In this document: positions 31,113 through 41,749 of the stretch, in pieces
Layout: every line of letters begins with the position of its first letter
Numbering within the stretch: position 1 is the stretch's first letter
Virus record (IMG/VR): IMGVR_UViG_3300037961_003440
Span: 30,365 to 94,364 of that record
Source: a virus
DNA: 64,000 nucleotides
Strand: one strand, 5' to 3'
The notes under the pieces: generated by a model
The model's input: only the letters and a program-made list of their open reading frames with translations
Told to the model about the DNA's origin: nothing
The model's database searches: none
Program-made: the position numbers and the translations under genes

Positions 31113-33515
31113 TTACCACCAATTATCTAATGTTGTTTGTCTGCCGTCATTGGCTATCGCTGATAAATCCCACCTTAGAGATTCGTATATTAAACTGACT
31201 TTCTTATTTATTTCAGAATCGGCCAGCCTAACCCAATTTATCGGAAAGTTATCTATAACTTCCTCCAATTTTTTAAATGCAATATAATCCACATTTCTTA
31301 TTCTTCCCTTAGTTTCATACTGTCTTGGGAAGTTCTTAATACCTTTGTTATCTACATTGTAATAATAATAACTATCACCTACATTTATTGTTCCTATTTC
31401 TTGATTGTAAAACAGAACACCTGCTGAACCACCTGCAATAGAATCATATTCGTCTAATGGTCGTCTTAATCTACTTTGTTTGATAACTGATGAGGATTTA
31501 TATTTACCACCTTTTACTAATTTGTACATGGCTTTAGCATACTTAGTTACTTCTTCTTCGGTTTTACCTAAAGCAACCATTTTTAATATTTTAGATTGTA
31601 CTTCTTTTGCTAACTTAGTTTCATTTGATTTCTTCATTTCAAAACCCATAACAAAGAATTCATCTTCTATATCCTTTCCATCTTTCCAAGAAAGATAACC
31701 ACAATAACGATTCTTTTTCTTAGATAGGAAAAATGATTTTGCATATTTTTCAAATTCTAATACAACATGATTATTAAATACTTCATTTTGAATATAGTCA
31801 TTTAATTTTTTACAAAGAAGCGTAGCATCTGATGTATCTTTTACTTTTACAAATATAGAATCAGTATGTCCATAAATTACTTCATAACCTAATTCTATTG
31901 ATTTAAATGCTACACTTCTCATCGCTTCTCTTGCACTTGCTGTAATTGCTTGAGCCATTTCCATATCTCCCCAACCATAACCGTCTTTTGCTAATACTCC
32001 ATATAAAGCATTTACACCACGCTTAGTAGCCATTTGTGCTGAATCCCATTTACGATATTCATCATCATTTTTAGCATTCTTTCTTTTGGTTTTATATTCA
32101 TCACGCATTTTCATTAGTGTTAAAACTGCTTGAGGCAAGATACCAATATTATCTTTACAGAATGATACACTTGGTTTTTCTCCTTTCCACTCAACTAAAT
32201 TTTTAGGCATAGAAAAATAAACATTATGTCCATCATCGCTAATAGTTTTTGTTTCCCATGAGATATTTCTTGCGGCCATCATACTTGGATATAGAGATTT
32301 GAAATCAAATACAGCAACATTTTCATGTAATCCAAAAGTTTCTTCTTCTTCAGGATTCATTACGAAAGCCGCTTCATATTTAGTTTTCATACCCTTCATA
32401 CCTGTTGGTGCTTTCCAATTAGAATGTCGCATAAAATATGCCGCACCCATTTGTGAATTATGAAATACACATTCAAAAGGACAAATAAATAGATGTTGTA
32501 GAGCAATATCATTTTCACTAATATTCATTTCATTGTCCATTCTAACCATCAATTCTACATCTACTCGGTTATACTCAAGGAATACTTCAGTATCTTCTAA
32601 CCATGAGCGTCTAAAGAAATCATCATCTGTAAATTTAGCATTTGTTCTTTTCTTACCTGCATCTTCACCAAGTAATCTTTTAGAACAATAATCTAATTTA
32701 AGAGAAGGAAGTGTACCTCTTTGTGAGTCAAGCCATAGTCTTTCAAAACGAGTCATCAAACAATAAGTAATTCTTCCCTTGATTGGTTGTGAAGTATTTG
32801 TATATTTAATATTATAAATTCTGTTATGAGATACGCCTCTAACTTCTCTATGTGGTGATAATTTTTGAGGATTGATTTTGTTTTCTAACAACCTACTAAT
32901 AATTGTAGGTATATCAAAACCTAATACATACCAACCTATAATCATGTCAGGGTCTTTATCTTCTACAAATTTAACAAAAGCATTTAACATATCTTCTTCA
33001 TCATCATAAACTAATACGTCTTTATAATAAGGTAGAGGTTCAATAGGAAAATGAGTCATTACATAATAGTATTCATCGTATGAATCATAAAATGTAATTG
33101 CATTTATTTGTCCATCATATCTTCCACCAACCTGTGTTTCAATATCAAGATACCATTTTCTTAAATTATATTGAGGTATAGATTCCATATTATCATTAGT
33201 ATATTTTCTTGCTAAACCTATATCGGCTTCATAAGTTTTAATCCAATTATTCTTAGCATTATGAAAATCACCAACTGTTTCAAAAGAAACTTTTGTTAAA
33301 GGTTTATTATCAAGAGAAACCCAATCGCCAAATGTATATGTTGGTTTTATTCTATTATTAGAATACTTACTTGATGAAGCAATATACTCAGGCATATCAT
33401 CATTTCTATCAATAAAAAGATATGGTTTAAAATTAGTAATAGTTTTATTAACTCTTTTATTATCACTATCTCTCCAACGCATTTCAATGTTATTTTTTAC
33501 TTCACTAATAATCAT
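31113..33515 (-). CDS. polB: Family B DNA polymerase
   Basis: LDIET exonuclease, FDFKSLYPS, KRGVNALYG, YGHTDS; C-terminal PIP box QTTLDNWW. Confidence 0.97.
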   Translation of the reverse strand: MIISEVKNNIEMRWRDSDNKRVNKTITNFKPYLFIDRNDDMPEYIASSSKYSNNRIKPTYTFGDWVSLDNKPLTKVSFETVGDFHNAKNNWIKTYEADIGLARKYTNDNMESIPQYNLRKWYLDIETQVGGRYDGQINAITFYDSYDEYYYVMTHFPIEPLPYYKDVLVYDDEEDMLNAFVKFVEDKDPDMIIGWYVLGFDIPTIISRLLENKINPQKLSPHREVRGVSHNRIYNIKYTNTSQPIKGRITYCLMTRFERLWLDSQRGTLPSLKLDYCSKRLLGEDAGKKRTNAKFTDDDFFRRSWLEDTEVFLEYNRVDVELMVRMDNEMNISENDIALQHLFICPFECVFHNSQMGAAYFMRHSNWKAPTGMKGMKTKYEAAFVMNPEEEETFGLHENVAVFDFKSLYPSMMAARNISWETKTISDDGHNVYFSMPKNLVEWKGEKPSVSFCKDNIGILPQAVLTLMKMRDEYKTKRKNAKNDDEYRKWDSAQMATKRGVNALYGVLAKDGYGWGDMEMAQAITASAREAMRSVAFKSIELGYEVIYGHTDSIFVKVKDTSDATLLCKKLNDYIQNEVFNNHVVLEFEKYAKSFFLSKKKNRYCGYLSWKDGKDIEDEFFVMGFEMKKSNETKLAKEVQSKILKMVALGKTEEEVTKYAKAMYKLVKGGKYKSSSVIKQSRLRRPLDEYDSIAGGSAGVLFYNQEIGTINVGDSYYYYNVDNKGIKNFPRQYETKGRIRNVDYIAFKKLEEVIDNFPINWVRLADSEINKKVSLIYESLRWDLSAIANDGRQTTLDNWW

Positions 33516-33524
33516 AATATCACC

Positions 33525-34577
33525 TTAATATAATCCATGAGGTTTTGCTTCTAATTGTCCTGCTTGTGTAACTCTACAAAATGTTGCTTTAGTTTGAAAA
33601 TCAGTAATAGTATGTGCGCCTACATAACTCATAGAGGATTTAATTCCATCAGATATATCATTAACTATTCTTCTTACCTTTCCTTTATATGGTGTAATTT
33701 TAGAATTACCTTCTACATTTTTAGTTTCTTCCCCTCGTGCTGTTTTAGAATCAATAGAAGCAGAACCTTGATACTTTTTGTATAATTGTTCATTAGGCCA
33801 TTGACCCATTTTAGATATAATTCCCGGAGTTTCTTTTGTTCCTGCAAATAAAGAACCTACCATAACTGCATCAGCACCAAGAGCAATTGCTTTAGGAATA
33901 TCTCCTACTGTTTTACAACCGCCATCAGCAACAATATATGGTATTTCATCTAAGTCTAAAACTTCGTTTATATGATATGCAATATCTAATAATGCTGTTG
34001 CTTGAGGAACACCAACACCTGCTCTAATTCTTGTTTCACACATAGAACCATTACCAATTCCTACTCTTAAAGAATCAGCACCTGCTTCAATTAATCTTTC
34101 AGCCGCACCTTTAGTTACAATATTTCCAGCCATTACATGAATGTCCTCAAATTCTTCTTTAATATAAGCAATCATTTCACCGACTAATTCATGGTCGCCA
34201 TGTGCAACATCAATACAAACACCTTGAATATTAGTATAACCTACTAATGAATCAAATCTATCTTTACCTTTTTGACCTACACCAACTGCCGCAATATATT
34301 GTCCTCTTACTTCTGATTCAATATCATAACATAATGCTACTTGTTCTTTAATAGATTGAAATCTATGTAATACACCAATACCACCAAGTTTTGCTAATTC
34401 AATACACATTTCTGTACCGCATACCGTGTCCATTGGTGAAGCAATTAATGGTACATTTAAATTAAAATTACCAAATTCTACCGATGTATCACAATGACTT
34501 CTTGATTTTATATCCGACATATATGGTATAATACTAATATCATCATAAGTTAAACTATCTCTTTCTTCTATTTTCAA
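33525..34577 (-). CDS. IMP dehydrogenase/GMP reductase family (no CBS domain)
   Basis: [42 protein letters not shown]. Confidence 0.92.
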   Translation of the reverse strand: MKIEERDSLTYDDISIIPYMSDIKSRSHCDTSVEFGNFNLNVPLIASPMDTVCGTEMCIELAKLGGIGVLHRFQSIKEQVALCYDIESEVRGQYIAAVGVGQKGKDRFDSLVGYTNIQGVCIDVAHGDHELVGEMIAYIKEEFEDIHVMAGNIVTKGAAERLIEAGADSLRVGIGNGSMCETRIRAGVGVPQATALLDIAYHINEVLDLDEIPYIVADGGCKTVGDIPKAIALGADAVMVGSLFAGTKETPGIISKMGQWPNEQLYKKYQGSASIDSKTARGEETKNVEGNSKITPYKGKVRRIVNDISDGIKSSMSYVGAHTITDFQTKATFCRVTQAGQLEAKPHGLY

Positions 34578-34827
34578 TTCTATCTCTCCCTAATACTTTA
34601 TCTTTAGACATTTTAAGGTCGCCTAAAACCCATCTGAGAGAATTAATTACTCCCTCTAAACCTTTATAATTATTCCAATGAGATTGTCTTAATGGTTTTG
34701 GACAAGTTTGAAATGCTGTCCATCTTCTATTTTGTTCTCTTTCGGCTTCATCTAATAAGTTTTCAATTTGTTCCCATGTTCTATCATAAGCAAAATTTTC
34801 GCTATCTTGGTGGTCGCTCATTGTCAT
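34555..34827 (-). CDS. Hypothetical protein
   Basis: Operon-coupled ORF. Confidence 0.6.
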   Translation of the reverse strand: MTMSDHQDSENFAYDRTWEQIENLLDEAEREQNRRWTAFQTCPKPLRQSHWNNYKGLEGVINSLRWVLGDLKMSKDKVLGRDRIENRRKR

Positions 34828-35065
34828 TTGTTTTACTCTCCTTTTTCATCTCTTCCATTATACAAATAGGACATTGTGTTTTTCCATTTTCATCTTTTGC
34901 TATTAGTTCATCACACCAACCTGTATTATGTAATACACTTGCTGTTTCTATGTTTAGTGCGTTAGCCATGTTTTGAGTCATCAATAATAATCTTTCTATT
35001 AATTCTCTTTGGCTTGTTTTTTTGCTTGTTTTTTTCTTATTCTTTTTCTTACTCATTTTTTTCAC
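34802..35065 (-). CDS. Small basic protein with H/C zinc motif
   Basis: HNTGWC...CPIC. Confidence 0.5.
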   Translation of the reverse strand: MKKMSKKKNKKKTSKKTSQRELIERLLLMTQNMANALNIETASVLHNTGWCDELIAKDENGKTQCPICIMEEMKKESKTNDNERPPR

Positions 35066-35066
35066 C

Positions 35067-35831
35067 TTAATGTTCTATTCTTGGTGCTCTTAACATTCTT
35101 AAATTACCACTTAATATAGCAACAGGAGTTTCATCTTCAAAGGATAATATCGTTGTTCTACCATCTAAGTATTTATGAATAGGCGCACTAAATTCCATAC
35201 ACGCTTTTTCTCCTACTGTTTGCATAGGTTCTAATTTTACCATTACTAATTCTGTTCCATTAGAAGAAGAAATATTTAGATAATTACCATCAAAATCTAA
35301 TTGAAAAACCGAATTACCAACGGCTTCACAATCTGATAGTGCATTTACTAAATCATCTGTACTAACTTTTATTCTTGTTTTTAACTTAGTTCTGGGGCTA
35401 ACTACAACCTCTTTAGACATATCTCTATTAATAATTAGATTCTTTTCTACAAATAAAATACTATCATTATTTTCATGTCTTTCTATTACAGGTATTCTTA
35501 CTGTTTTACTTTCAGAAAGAACCTTAAGTGTATTATCTTCAAGATGCAATATACAATCTTCTTTAGGTAAATACTTTAGTAATATTTCTGAATCTACGGA
35601 AACTCTACCAGATTTACTATCATTACAATCAATAGTATCTATAACATTACTAACATAAGTAGATGGATTACCATTTGTTAATTTACAATTGGATTGTTCA
35701 TCATCAACACTAATAATAATAGAAGGACATAAAATAGTATTTTTATTATTACTACCATTATTCCATTTACCTTTTAGTAAAACACTTTCAATTTTCTTTC
35801 TCATTTCTGTTCCATTTAATTTACATTTCAT
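35067..35831 (-). CDS. pcn: DNA sliding clamp (PCNA-like)
   Basis: About 254 aa from the likely start MKCKL; ends SFEDETPV..MLRAPRIE like PCNA; RFC and PIP-box proteins nearby. Confidence 0.7.
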   Translation of the reverse strand: MKCKLNGTEMRKKIESVLLKGKWNNGSNNKNTILCPSIIISVDDEQSNCKLTNGNPSTYVSNVIDTIDCNDSKSGRVSVDSEILLKYLPKEDCILHLEDNTLKVLSESKTVRIPVIERHENNDSILFVEKNLIINRDMSKEVVVSPRTKLKTRIKVSTDDLVNALSDCEAVGNSVFQLDFDGNYLNISSSNGTELVMVKLEPMQTVGEKACMEFSAPIHKYLDGRTTILSFEDETPVAILSGNLRMLRAPRIEH

Positions 35832-35972
35832 ATTATCATCTCCATAGTATAGGGGGAATATTAGGATTGGAGGAAAAACCCCGTTTGCATGATACCGTTT
35901 AATATTCAATTACCGCTTAACAAAACCCTATCATCGGTTGTGTAGGTTAATTACTTAACCCGTATAACCAAT

Positions 35973-36887
35973 TTAAAGAGTACCTTCCCTCAATGCAGGT
36001 ATTCCATTCCAAACAATTTCCTTACCATCATTTTCCATAATAGTAAATGTTTGACCTACATTTTCTGCATTGGTTTTAGATTTTCTAACTAACCCAGATA
36101 GTTTAAATGTTTTACCTCTTTCTTCCATTTTACATTCAATATGTTGAAATAATTTGGCTGTTGTAGATTTCTCCCAATCGGGTTTTAAACCTACTATTTC
36201 AAAGCCATCATGTACTTCTTTCATATGTGTAATAAAGAATTTATGACATCTTAATTGACAAGCCGCCTTAAATAATCTTTTATATTCTTCAGTTCTTGCA
36301 TACCATTGTGTCGGAACCATTTTTACTTTATCTGCGGCTCTTGGGTCTTTACCCTTAATATGATTTAATCTTGCAATCATATTTGTAGTATCTAACCATG
36401 AATCAAGACCATCAAATACAATAGCCTTTACACCTTCAATTTTAACAGTTTCATCACCATCTTCTATTTGACCTGTTTCTATTGCTTCTTTAACCATAGC
36501 AATAAAGAATCTCGCCATATCAGCAGTAGCCATATAATCAACAGTCATATCATCATTATACATATATGGATTAAAGATAACAATCTTTTCATCATTAGCC
36601 CAATGTTGTCGCCATGTAGGTTCAGCACCTTCATCAAAATCAAGAATAAATAACCAATGTGTTTTTCTTTCTTCTTCGGTTCTACAATCTAATGCAATAC
36701 CTGTTTTACCTGTTCCCGGATTTCCACTAATTCCACAAATCATATATGCTGATTCTTGCTCAAGTAATTTCTTTCGCTGATTCATAGCCCTTATCTTTGC
36801 TTCTTTAAAAGCGGATAATCCACTTTCTTCTTTTGCACTTTTCAATACTGTTCCTGCCGCATTTCCTTTCTTATTTCCTATTCCCAT
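35973..36887 (-). CDS. RecA-superfamily ATPase (Sak4/RadA-like recombinase)
   Basis: GNPGTGKT, ILDFDEG, IVFDGLD, FITH. Confidence 0.7.
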   Translation of the reverse strand: MGIGNKKGNAAGTVLKSAKEESGLSAFKEAKIRAMNQRKKLLEQESAYMICGISGNPGTGKTGIALDCRTEEERKTHWLFILDFDEGAEPTWRQHWANDEKIVIFNPYMYNDDMTVDYMATADMARFFIAMVKEAIETGQIEDGDETVKIEGVKAIVFDGLDSWLDTTNMIARLNHIKGKDPRAADKVKMVPTQWYARTEEYKRLFKAACQLRCHKFFITHMKEVHDGFEIVGLKPDWEKSTTAKLFQHIECKMEERGKTFKLSGLVRKSKTNAENVGQTFTIMENDGKEIVWNGIPALREGTL

Positions 36888-36892
36888 TTATT

Positions 36893-37117
36893 TCACTTCC
36901 TATCTATTAGTTCTTTATATTGTTCTTTTAGTTCTCCAAATTGAGTTTCAAATAATTGTCTTGAATACATTTTTCCACTCTTTAGATGTATTCTTACTGA
37001 ATACAAATCTTTGTTCGATATATTTTCATCATCATCTATTTTTTTCCACTCAATTGCTTCTACTTCAGCCAAGTCAAAACTTAACTGATTCATTCTTACA
37101 TATCTTTCATTACTCAT
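36893..37117 (-). CDS. Hypothetical protein
   Basis: ORF with GAGG RBS. Confidence 0.55.
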   Translation of the reverse strand: MSNERYVRMNQLSFDLAEVEAIEWKKIDDDENISNKDLYSVRIHLKSGKMYSRQLFETQFGELKEQYKELIDRK

Positions 37118-37187
37118 TTGAATACCTCATATATCGGCTTCGCACCGTTTTGACCGTCATTAACGCCTACGATTACACAACATAAAA

Positions 37188-37343
37188 TCAAAGTATTTCT
37201 TCAACCCTATCTGTTAGAAGTAATAGTGCTGATGCCCACAATCCAACAAAGATACCTAAGTTTTCATCATGTAAAGCATAAATAGCAATACTACCAACAA
37301 TAGAAATTAAACTACTATAAAATCCTAATTTTTTCCAATTCAT
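37188..37343 (-). CDS. 51-aa two-TM membrane protein
   Basis: Not in the track; MNWKKLGFYSSLISIVGSIAIYALHDENLGIFVGLWASALLLLTDRVEEIL. Confidence 0.65.
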   Translation of the reverse strand: MNWKKLGFYSSLISIVGSIAIYALHDENLGIFVGLWASALLLLTDRVEEIL

Positions 37344-37348
37344 TAAAA

Positions 37349-38584
37349 TCACCAATAACTTAATTCATCATCTACTGTTTCTACTTCATTTGGTACACCA
37401 AGAGCAACTCTCGGTAAAATACCATATACATTCATAGATACAGGGTTATATTCATCATCAAGATAATTACCATCTTCATCTCTCTTTTGTGTTTGATTTG
37501 TTCTACCAATTACAATAATATCAGAACCTACACCAAAGTCAATATTTACATTTTCAGGAATCCAACATGGTGTTGATTCAGGAATATCTGCTTCTTCAAA
37601 TCCATAACTTGCATCAGCAGGTTCAATCCATAAAACTCTATTTCCTGTCTTTTCATTAACAGTTAGATTCATACTACTAACAATACCATCAGTAATACAA
37701 AGTTTCATTCCCGGATTTGACATAATTGTAGAATGATAATCTTCAATCTCTAATAAATCAGCAACATAATCGCCCATACAATCAGCAAGTAAATCTTCCA
37801 TAGAAGGTAGTTTGCTAACAAACAAATCGTTATCTTCATCTAAATTATCATTGTATTGAATAGAAGCCAGCGTTCTTCCTTTAATACCATAACAAGCATT
37901 TCTTTCATCATTGAATAAAGCATTTAGATGTACCCATTCAAAAGGTCTAACATCCCATTCTTTAGCGGCAATATTCTTCAAACCAAAAGTCCAATATTGA
38001 AAGTCGCCACCGTCTTTCTTAGCAATAAAATGTACTCTTCTTCTAAATTCTTCAGCAGGTAGTGGCTTACCATAGCGAGGATTTGAATCCCCACTCATAA
38101 AAGATTTAATATTATCAAGAGGAACAATCCACTTATTTTCTTCTACCTCAATTGCTGAATTAGGTATTTGTGGTAGTATCTTAGTTTGAACATCACCATC
38201 TACAACTTGACTCTTTTCATATCCTGCATCAGTTAATACAATTTCAGCGCATCTACCTTCATTAAATACAGTATTAGAGTTAGCGTTATAATCACTAATT
38301 AGTCTTTTTCTATTCCATTCTTGTACATCTCTTGCAGGTTCGCTACCAACAACAAACCCAAAAGCATCATTACCATATCCACCTTTCTTAGATGATGTAT
38401 TTCCTTTCAAAGAACCTCGTACAAAGTTTCTTGTTAGAGTTAGTGCAATCATAGCCTGTCGCTCATTCTCTAAATCAAGGTTGTTGCTTTCTGCAATTTC
38501 CTCATACTTAGTCATTATTTCTTCTTCTGTTTTGTTCAACTTATTAGCCAAACCTTTCAACTCATTTTCTATTCTTTCATTCAT
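37349..38584 (-). CDS. RPA-like OB-fold ssDNA-binding protein
   Basis: Archaeal RPA-like N-terminal helices (MNERIENELKGLANKLNKTEEEI), OB-like C-terminus (FGVGSDIIVIGR), acidic-aromatic tail. Confidence 0.6.
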   Translation of the reverse strand: MNERIENELKGLANKLNKTEEEIMTKYEEIAESNNLDLENERQAMIALTLTRNFVRGSLKGNTSSKKGGYGNDAFGFVVGSEPARDVQEWNRKRLISDYNANSNTVFNEGRCAEIVLTDAGYEKSQVVDGDVQTKILPQIPNSAIEVEENKWIVPLDNIKSFMSGDSNPRYGKPLPAEEFRRRVHFIAKKDGGDFQYWTFGLKNIAAKEWDVRPFEWVHLNALFNDERNACYGIKGRTLASIQYNDNLDEDNDLFVSKLPSMEDLLADCMGDYVADLLEIEDYHSTIMSNPGMKLCITDGIVSSMNLTVNEKTGNRVLWIEPADASYGFEEADIPESTPCWIPENVNIDFGVGSDIIVIGRTNQTQKRDEDGNYLDDEYNPVSMNVYGILPRVALGVPNEVETVDDELSYW

Positions 38585-38612
38585 TTTTTTCACTTTCCTT
38601 TGCTTTACTTTT

Positions 38613-39530
38613 TTAATTGTCAATGAATTGTGCCGCAAACCACGACACGATTATTTTTGGAGTCATTGACTTACTTCTCCATTCCATTTCTCCAATATGA
38701 CTTAGGCACTTAAACATAATGCTTCTTCCTAAATCCATTTCTAATACATAACTGTGTAGATTATTACATATTTCTTTTACAGAACGACCACTTAAAACCT
38801 CTTTCATTAGTATTTCATTCGCTTCAAAGACTTCTTTATTTATTAGATGATTCATAATCTTCTCATAATTTTGCATATATACCTTTGTCTTTTCTGACAA
38901 ACTGCTACTGCTAAAAGCGGTTGCCTGTAATTCATTTATTGCTCTACGCATATCACCATTAATAGCATTACAATAATTTAATACTTCATCATAAGTAAAA
39001 ACAGTTTTTTCTTCATTTGCTATTTCCATTAATGCTTTAGTCATTACTTCAGGTTGTAGTCCTTTAAACCAATAATTAGCACAACGACTTCTAATTGCAT
39101 AGTCTACTCCTGTATGGTCATTACAAGTAATAATAAAACGAACATTGTATGCTCTTTCCATTGTTCTTTTTAATGCTCTTTGAGAATCTCTTGTTAGACC
39201 GTCTACTTCATCTAACAGAATCATCTTAAATGGTGCATCATCACTACCTTTAGTATTGACAAAATTAGAAATCGTTGTTCTAATAGTGTCTAACTTTCTA
39301 TCTTGACTTGCATTAATCTCTAAGAAATTAACACTTTTACTATCACCTAAAAATTCATTTGCTAAACAATGTCCTGCTGTTGTTTTACCATTTCCGGGAT
39401 TTCCATAAATTAATACATTTGGCATATCATTATTTTCAATCCACGAATTTGCATCTTCTACAAATTTATTCTGTCCTATTATATCACTTACTCTTTTTGG
39501 TCTGTATTTTTCTGTCCAATTCATTTTCAA
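38613..39530 (-). CDS. rfcS: Replication factor C small subunit (clamp loader)
   Basis: WTEKYRP, GNPGNGKTT, LEINAS, LLDEVD, IRSRC, GDMRRAIN. Confidence 0.95.
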   Translation of the reverse strand: MKMNWTEKYRPKRVSDIIGQNKFVEDANSWIENNDMPNVLIYGNPGNGKTTAGHCLANEFLGDSKSVNFLEINASQDRKLDTIRTTISNFVNTKGSDDAPFKMILLDEVDGLTRDSQRALKRTMERAYNVRFIITCNDHTGVDYAIRSRCANYWFKGLQPEVMTKALMEIANEEKTVFTYDEVLNYCNAINGDMRRAINELQATAFSSSSLSEKTKVYMQNYEKIMNHLINKEVFEANEILMKEVLSGRSVKEICNNLHSYVLEMDLGRSIMFKCLSHIGEMEWRSKSMTPKIIVSWFAAQFIDN

Positions 39531-39606
39531 TCACTCCTAATCCTTTACATTCTGAACAAGACATATCAATTGCTACGCCTGTTCCATCACAATATTTACA
39601 AATCAT
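39484..39606 (-). CDS. 40-aa DnaJ-type zinc-finger microprotein
   Basis: Not in the track; MICKYCDGTG...CSECKGLG. Confidence 0.6.
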   Translation of the reverse strand: MICKYCDGTGVAIDMSCSECKGLGVIENELDRKIQTKKSK

Positions 39607-39731
39607 AATAGCACTAATCCTATCATGATTACAGTTAGAATATTAACAATTGTGACAATAACTAATATTCTGTTTCCTCTCTCAATGTTATCATTAAGTT
39701 TATTCAATAACTGATTCGTTTTCTCCATCAT
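39603..39731 (-). CDS. 42-aa single-TM protein
   Basis: Not in the track; ...GNRILVIVTIVNILTVIMIGLVLL, ATGA-coupled. Confidence 0.45.
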   Translation of the reverse strand: MMEKTNQLLNKLNDNIERGNRILVIVTIVNILTVIMIGLVLL

Positions 39732-39906
39732 CTGTATTCACCTTATATTCAACACCATACATATAATCGGTATGCTTCGTTGGTTTTCCTAAAACCCACA
39801 TTCTTGTATGAATAGATTTAATCACACAATTGTTGCAGACTTTATATTTACCACAATGCATTCCTACTGATTCAGCATTTTTTAATCCGCACATTTCACA
39901 TTCCAT
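39700..39906 (-). CDS. Zinc-finger microprotein
   Basis: CEMC...VCNNC. Confidence 0.55.
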   Translation of the reverse strand: MECEMCGLKNAESVGMHCGKYKVCNNCVIKSIHTRMWVLGKPTKHTDYMYGVEYKVNTDDGENESVIE

Positions 39907-40017
39907 ATTTTTCCCTCATCTTTTTTATTTCACAAGGATAAACCCAATATGAGGTCATGCCGGATAATCCTCTTTCTGTATATCTTTTACAATCTTCACT
40001 TCCGCATTTTTTACATT

Positions 40018-40368
40018 TCATTCTTCTTCACTCTCACTATTACAATCTTTGCAGTTTTTATGACTAATAAATCCTGAGCCATCACAGGAATTACATAAAT
40101 CCAATTTAACATATGTGTTTGCTTTTCTATTTACAACCTTTCTGTATCTTTTAGCATCATTAACATAATGTATTATTTTCCCCTTTGGCGGTACATAACT
40201 AAATGTTAATCCATTTGCTTCAATATAAGTTAGAATTGCATCTACAATTTGATTAGGGCTTCTTTCTTCGCCATCATTCATGGCTCTATCAATAAACCTT
40301 TCAGCATATGTTTTATTTCTTTTTCTTCTTTTTCCGTTAATCCAATTTCTTTTTACCACTATAAACAC
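40018..40368 (-). CDS. Putative wHTH protein with C-terminal DnaJ-like Zn finger
   Basis: RSPNQIVDAI helix; CNSCDGSG..CKDC. Confidence 0.45.
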   Translation of the reverse strand: MFIVVKRNWINGKRRKRNKTYAERFIDRAMNDGEERSPNQIVDAILTYIEANGLTFSYVPPKGKIIHYVNDAKRYRKVVNRKANTYVKLDLCNSCDGSGFISHKNCKDCNSESEEE

Positions 40369-40498
40369 CTTTCTGCTTCTTCAGGAGTCATGTTTGCTTC
40401 ATAACATAATCTCAATCTTTTTGTTGTTGTTTTGTCTATTAAGTCATTTTTTATTTTACCTAACCATATTGTATATGCTATACCTTGAGATTTTTTCA

Positions 40499-41326
40499 CT
40501 ACCAATCACCTAACTTTGTATTTACTACTCTTATGGATTTCTTTCTTGGTTTTTTCAAGCCTAAAATTTTACACTCATCTCTATCCAATTTACTGATAGC
40601 CCATTCTTTATATGCGGGGTTTTGTAAAAGAGATTTAACTAAATAAGCATCTTTTTGTTTTAGACCTAATTTATTACATATTTTAGGAACAGGCGAATAA
40701 CTATTTCTTTTTGGGAAATTTACTCTACCCCCATGATTACCTGACCAAGAATAAGTTAGTATCTCATAAAAATAATCTGTATTCCAACGCCTCATAATAT
40801 TATCAGCAAATGCTATATTTCTTACATCTATATTAGGTTGAATCCAACTAATTAACTGCATATCAGATGGTTTATTATATTTAATTAAGTTTAATACTTC
40901 TTTTCTATCTTTATTTTTTAGATAAGAAATGTTAATATCATAAATACTTTTTTCATACTTCTTAATTGATTCAGCGTTAGGTGCAACCTTTTTGATTTGC
41001 TGTTGTCTGTTATCAGTTTGACCCATTCTTTTTCTTACACATAAATTCATTATAGAATCAGGAACATCTTTTTCATTTAAAGAAGTTAATGCTACATAAT
41101 CTAATACAAGTAAAATTTGTAATATCTTTTCTTTATCAGGTTTATAATGTACATCTTCTATTAATATACCATGATTTCTTGGATATGAATATACATCGTC
41201 TATTTTAATATCATTAGCCTGATATATAACAAAAGGTCTTGAACCTAATTGTTGCTTTGCTCTTTTGGTTTTTCCACTACCATTACCGCCTACATATAAA
41301 TTAAATTTCTTTTCTTTTCCTTTCAT
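40499..41326 (-). CDS. Reduced RFC large subunit-like protein
   Basis: GGNGSGKT, degenerate Walker B LIEDVH, RFC-L-like C-terminus, terminal PIP-like NTKLGDW. Confidence 0.6.
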   Translation of the reverse strand: MKGKEKKFNLYVGGNGSGKTKRAKQQLGSRPFVIYQANDIKIDDVYSYPRNHGILIEDVHYKPDKEKILQILLVLDYVALTSLNEKDVPDSIMNLCVRKRMGQTDNRQQQIKKVAPNAESIKKYEKSIYDINISYLKNKDRKEVLNLIKYNKPSDMQLISWIQPNIDVRNIAFADNIMRRWNTDYFYEILTYSWSGNHGGRVNFPKRNSYSPVPKICNKLGLKQKDAYLVKSLLQNPAYKEWAISKLDRDECKILGLKKPRKKSIRVVNTKLGDW

Positions 41327-41723
41327 TGGTTATCAACTCTATCAATCCATTCATTCCTTCTTCTTCTAAATGTTTTTTATCTTGCATATCTGCTATAACT
41401 TTATCAATCAATTCCCAATTAGCATGAGAACATGGTATGTAGTCAGGCATCAAATCTCTTAATATTTTAATTGAATCTCTTTTGCCTACTATTAAAACAG
41501 GTGATTCTCTATTAACTCCTTCTATAAGTCTAAGTATAGAATCAATTTCTAATTGTTCAAATTTTCTTTGTAAAGCAATAAGAAAAGATTTCTTTGCCCT
41601 AAACATTATCCTTGTTCTAATAGTCCAACCTGTTTTACTTTGTGATTGATATGCTGTAACTTCAGGTCTTGCCGTTGTTAATAAAATACCTTGTAATTGT
41701 CCTTCGTTAAACATATTTATCAC
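41301..41723 (-). CDS. Degenerate LAGLIDADG-fold protein
   Basis: QLQGILLTTARPEV helix, beta strands, KHLEEEGM tail; acidic catalytic residue absent. Confidence 0.55.
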   Translation of the reverse strand: MINMFNEGQLQGILLTTARPEVTAYQSQSKTGWTIRTRIMFRAKKSFLIALQRKFEQLEIDSILRLIEGVNRESPVLIVGKRDSIKILRDLMPDYIPCSHANWELIDKVIADMQDKKHLEEEGMNGLIELITNERKRKEI

Positions 41724-41749
41724 TACACCTTATTATAATATCTGTATAT

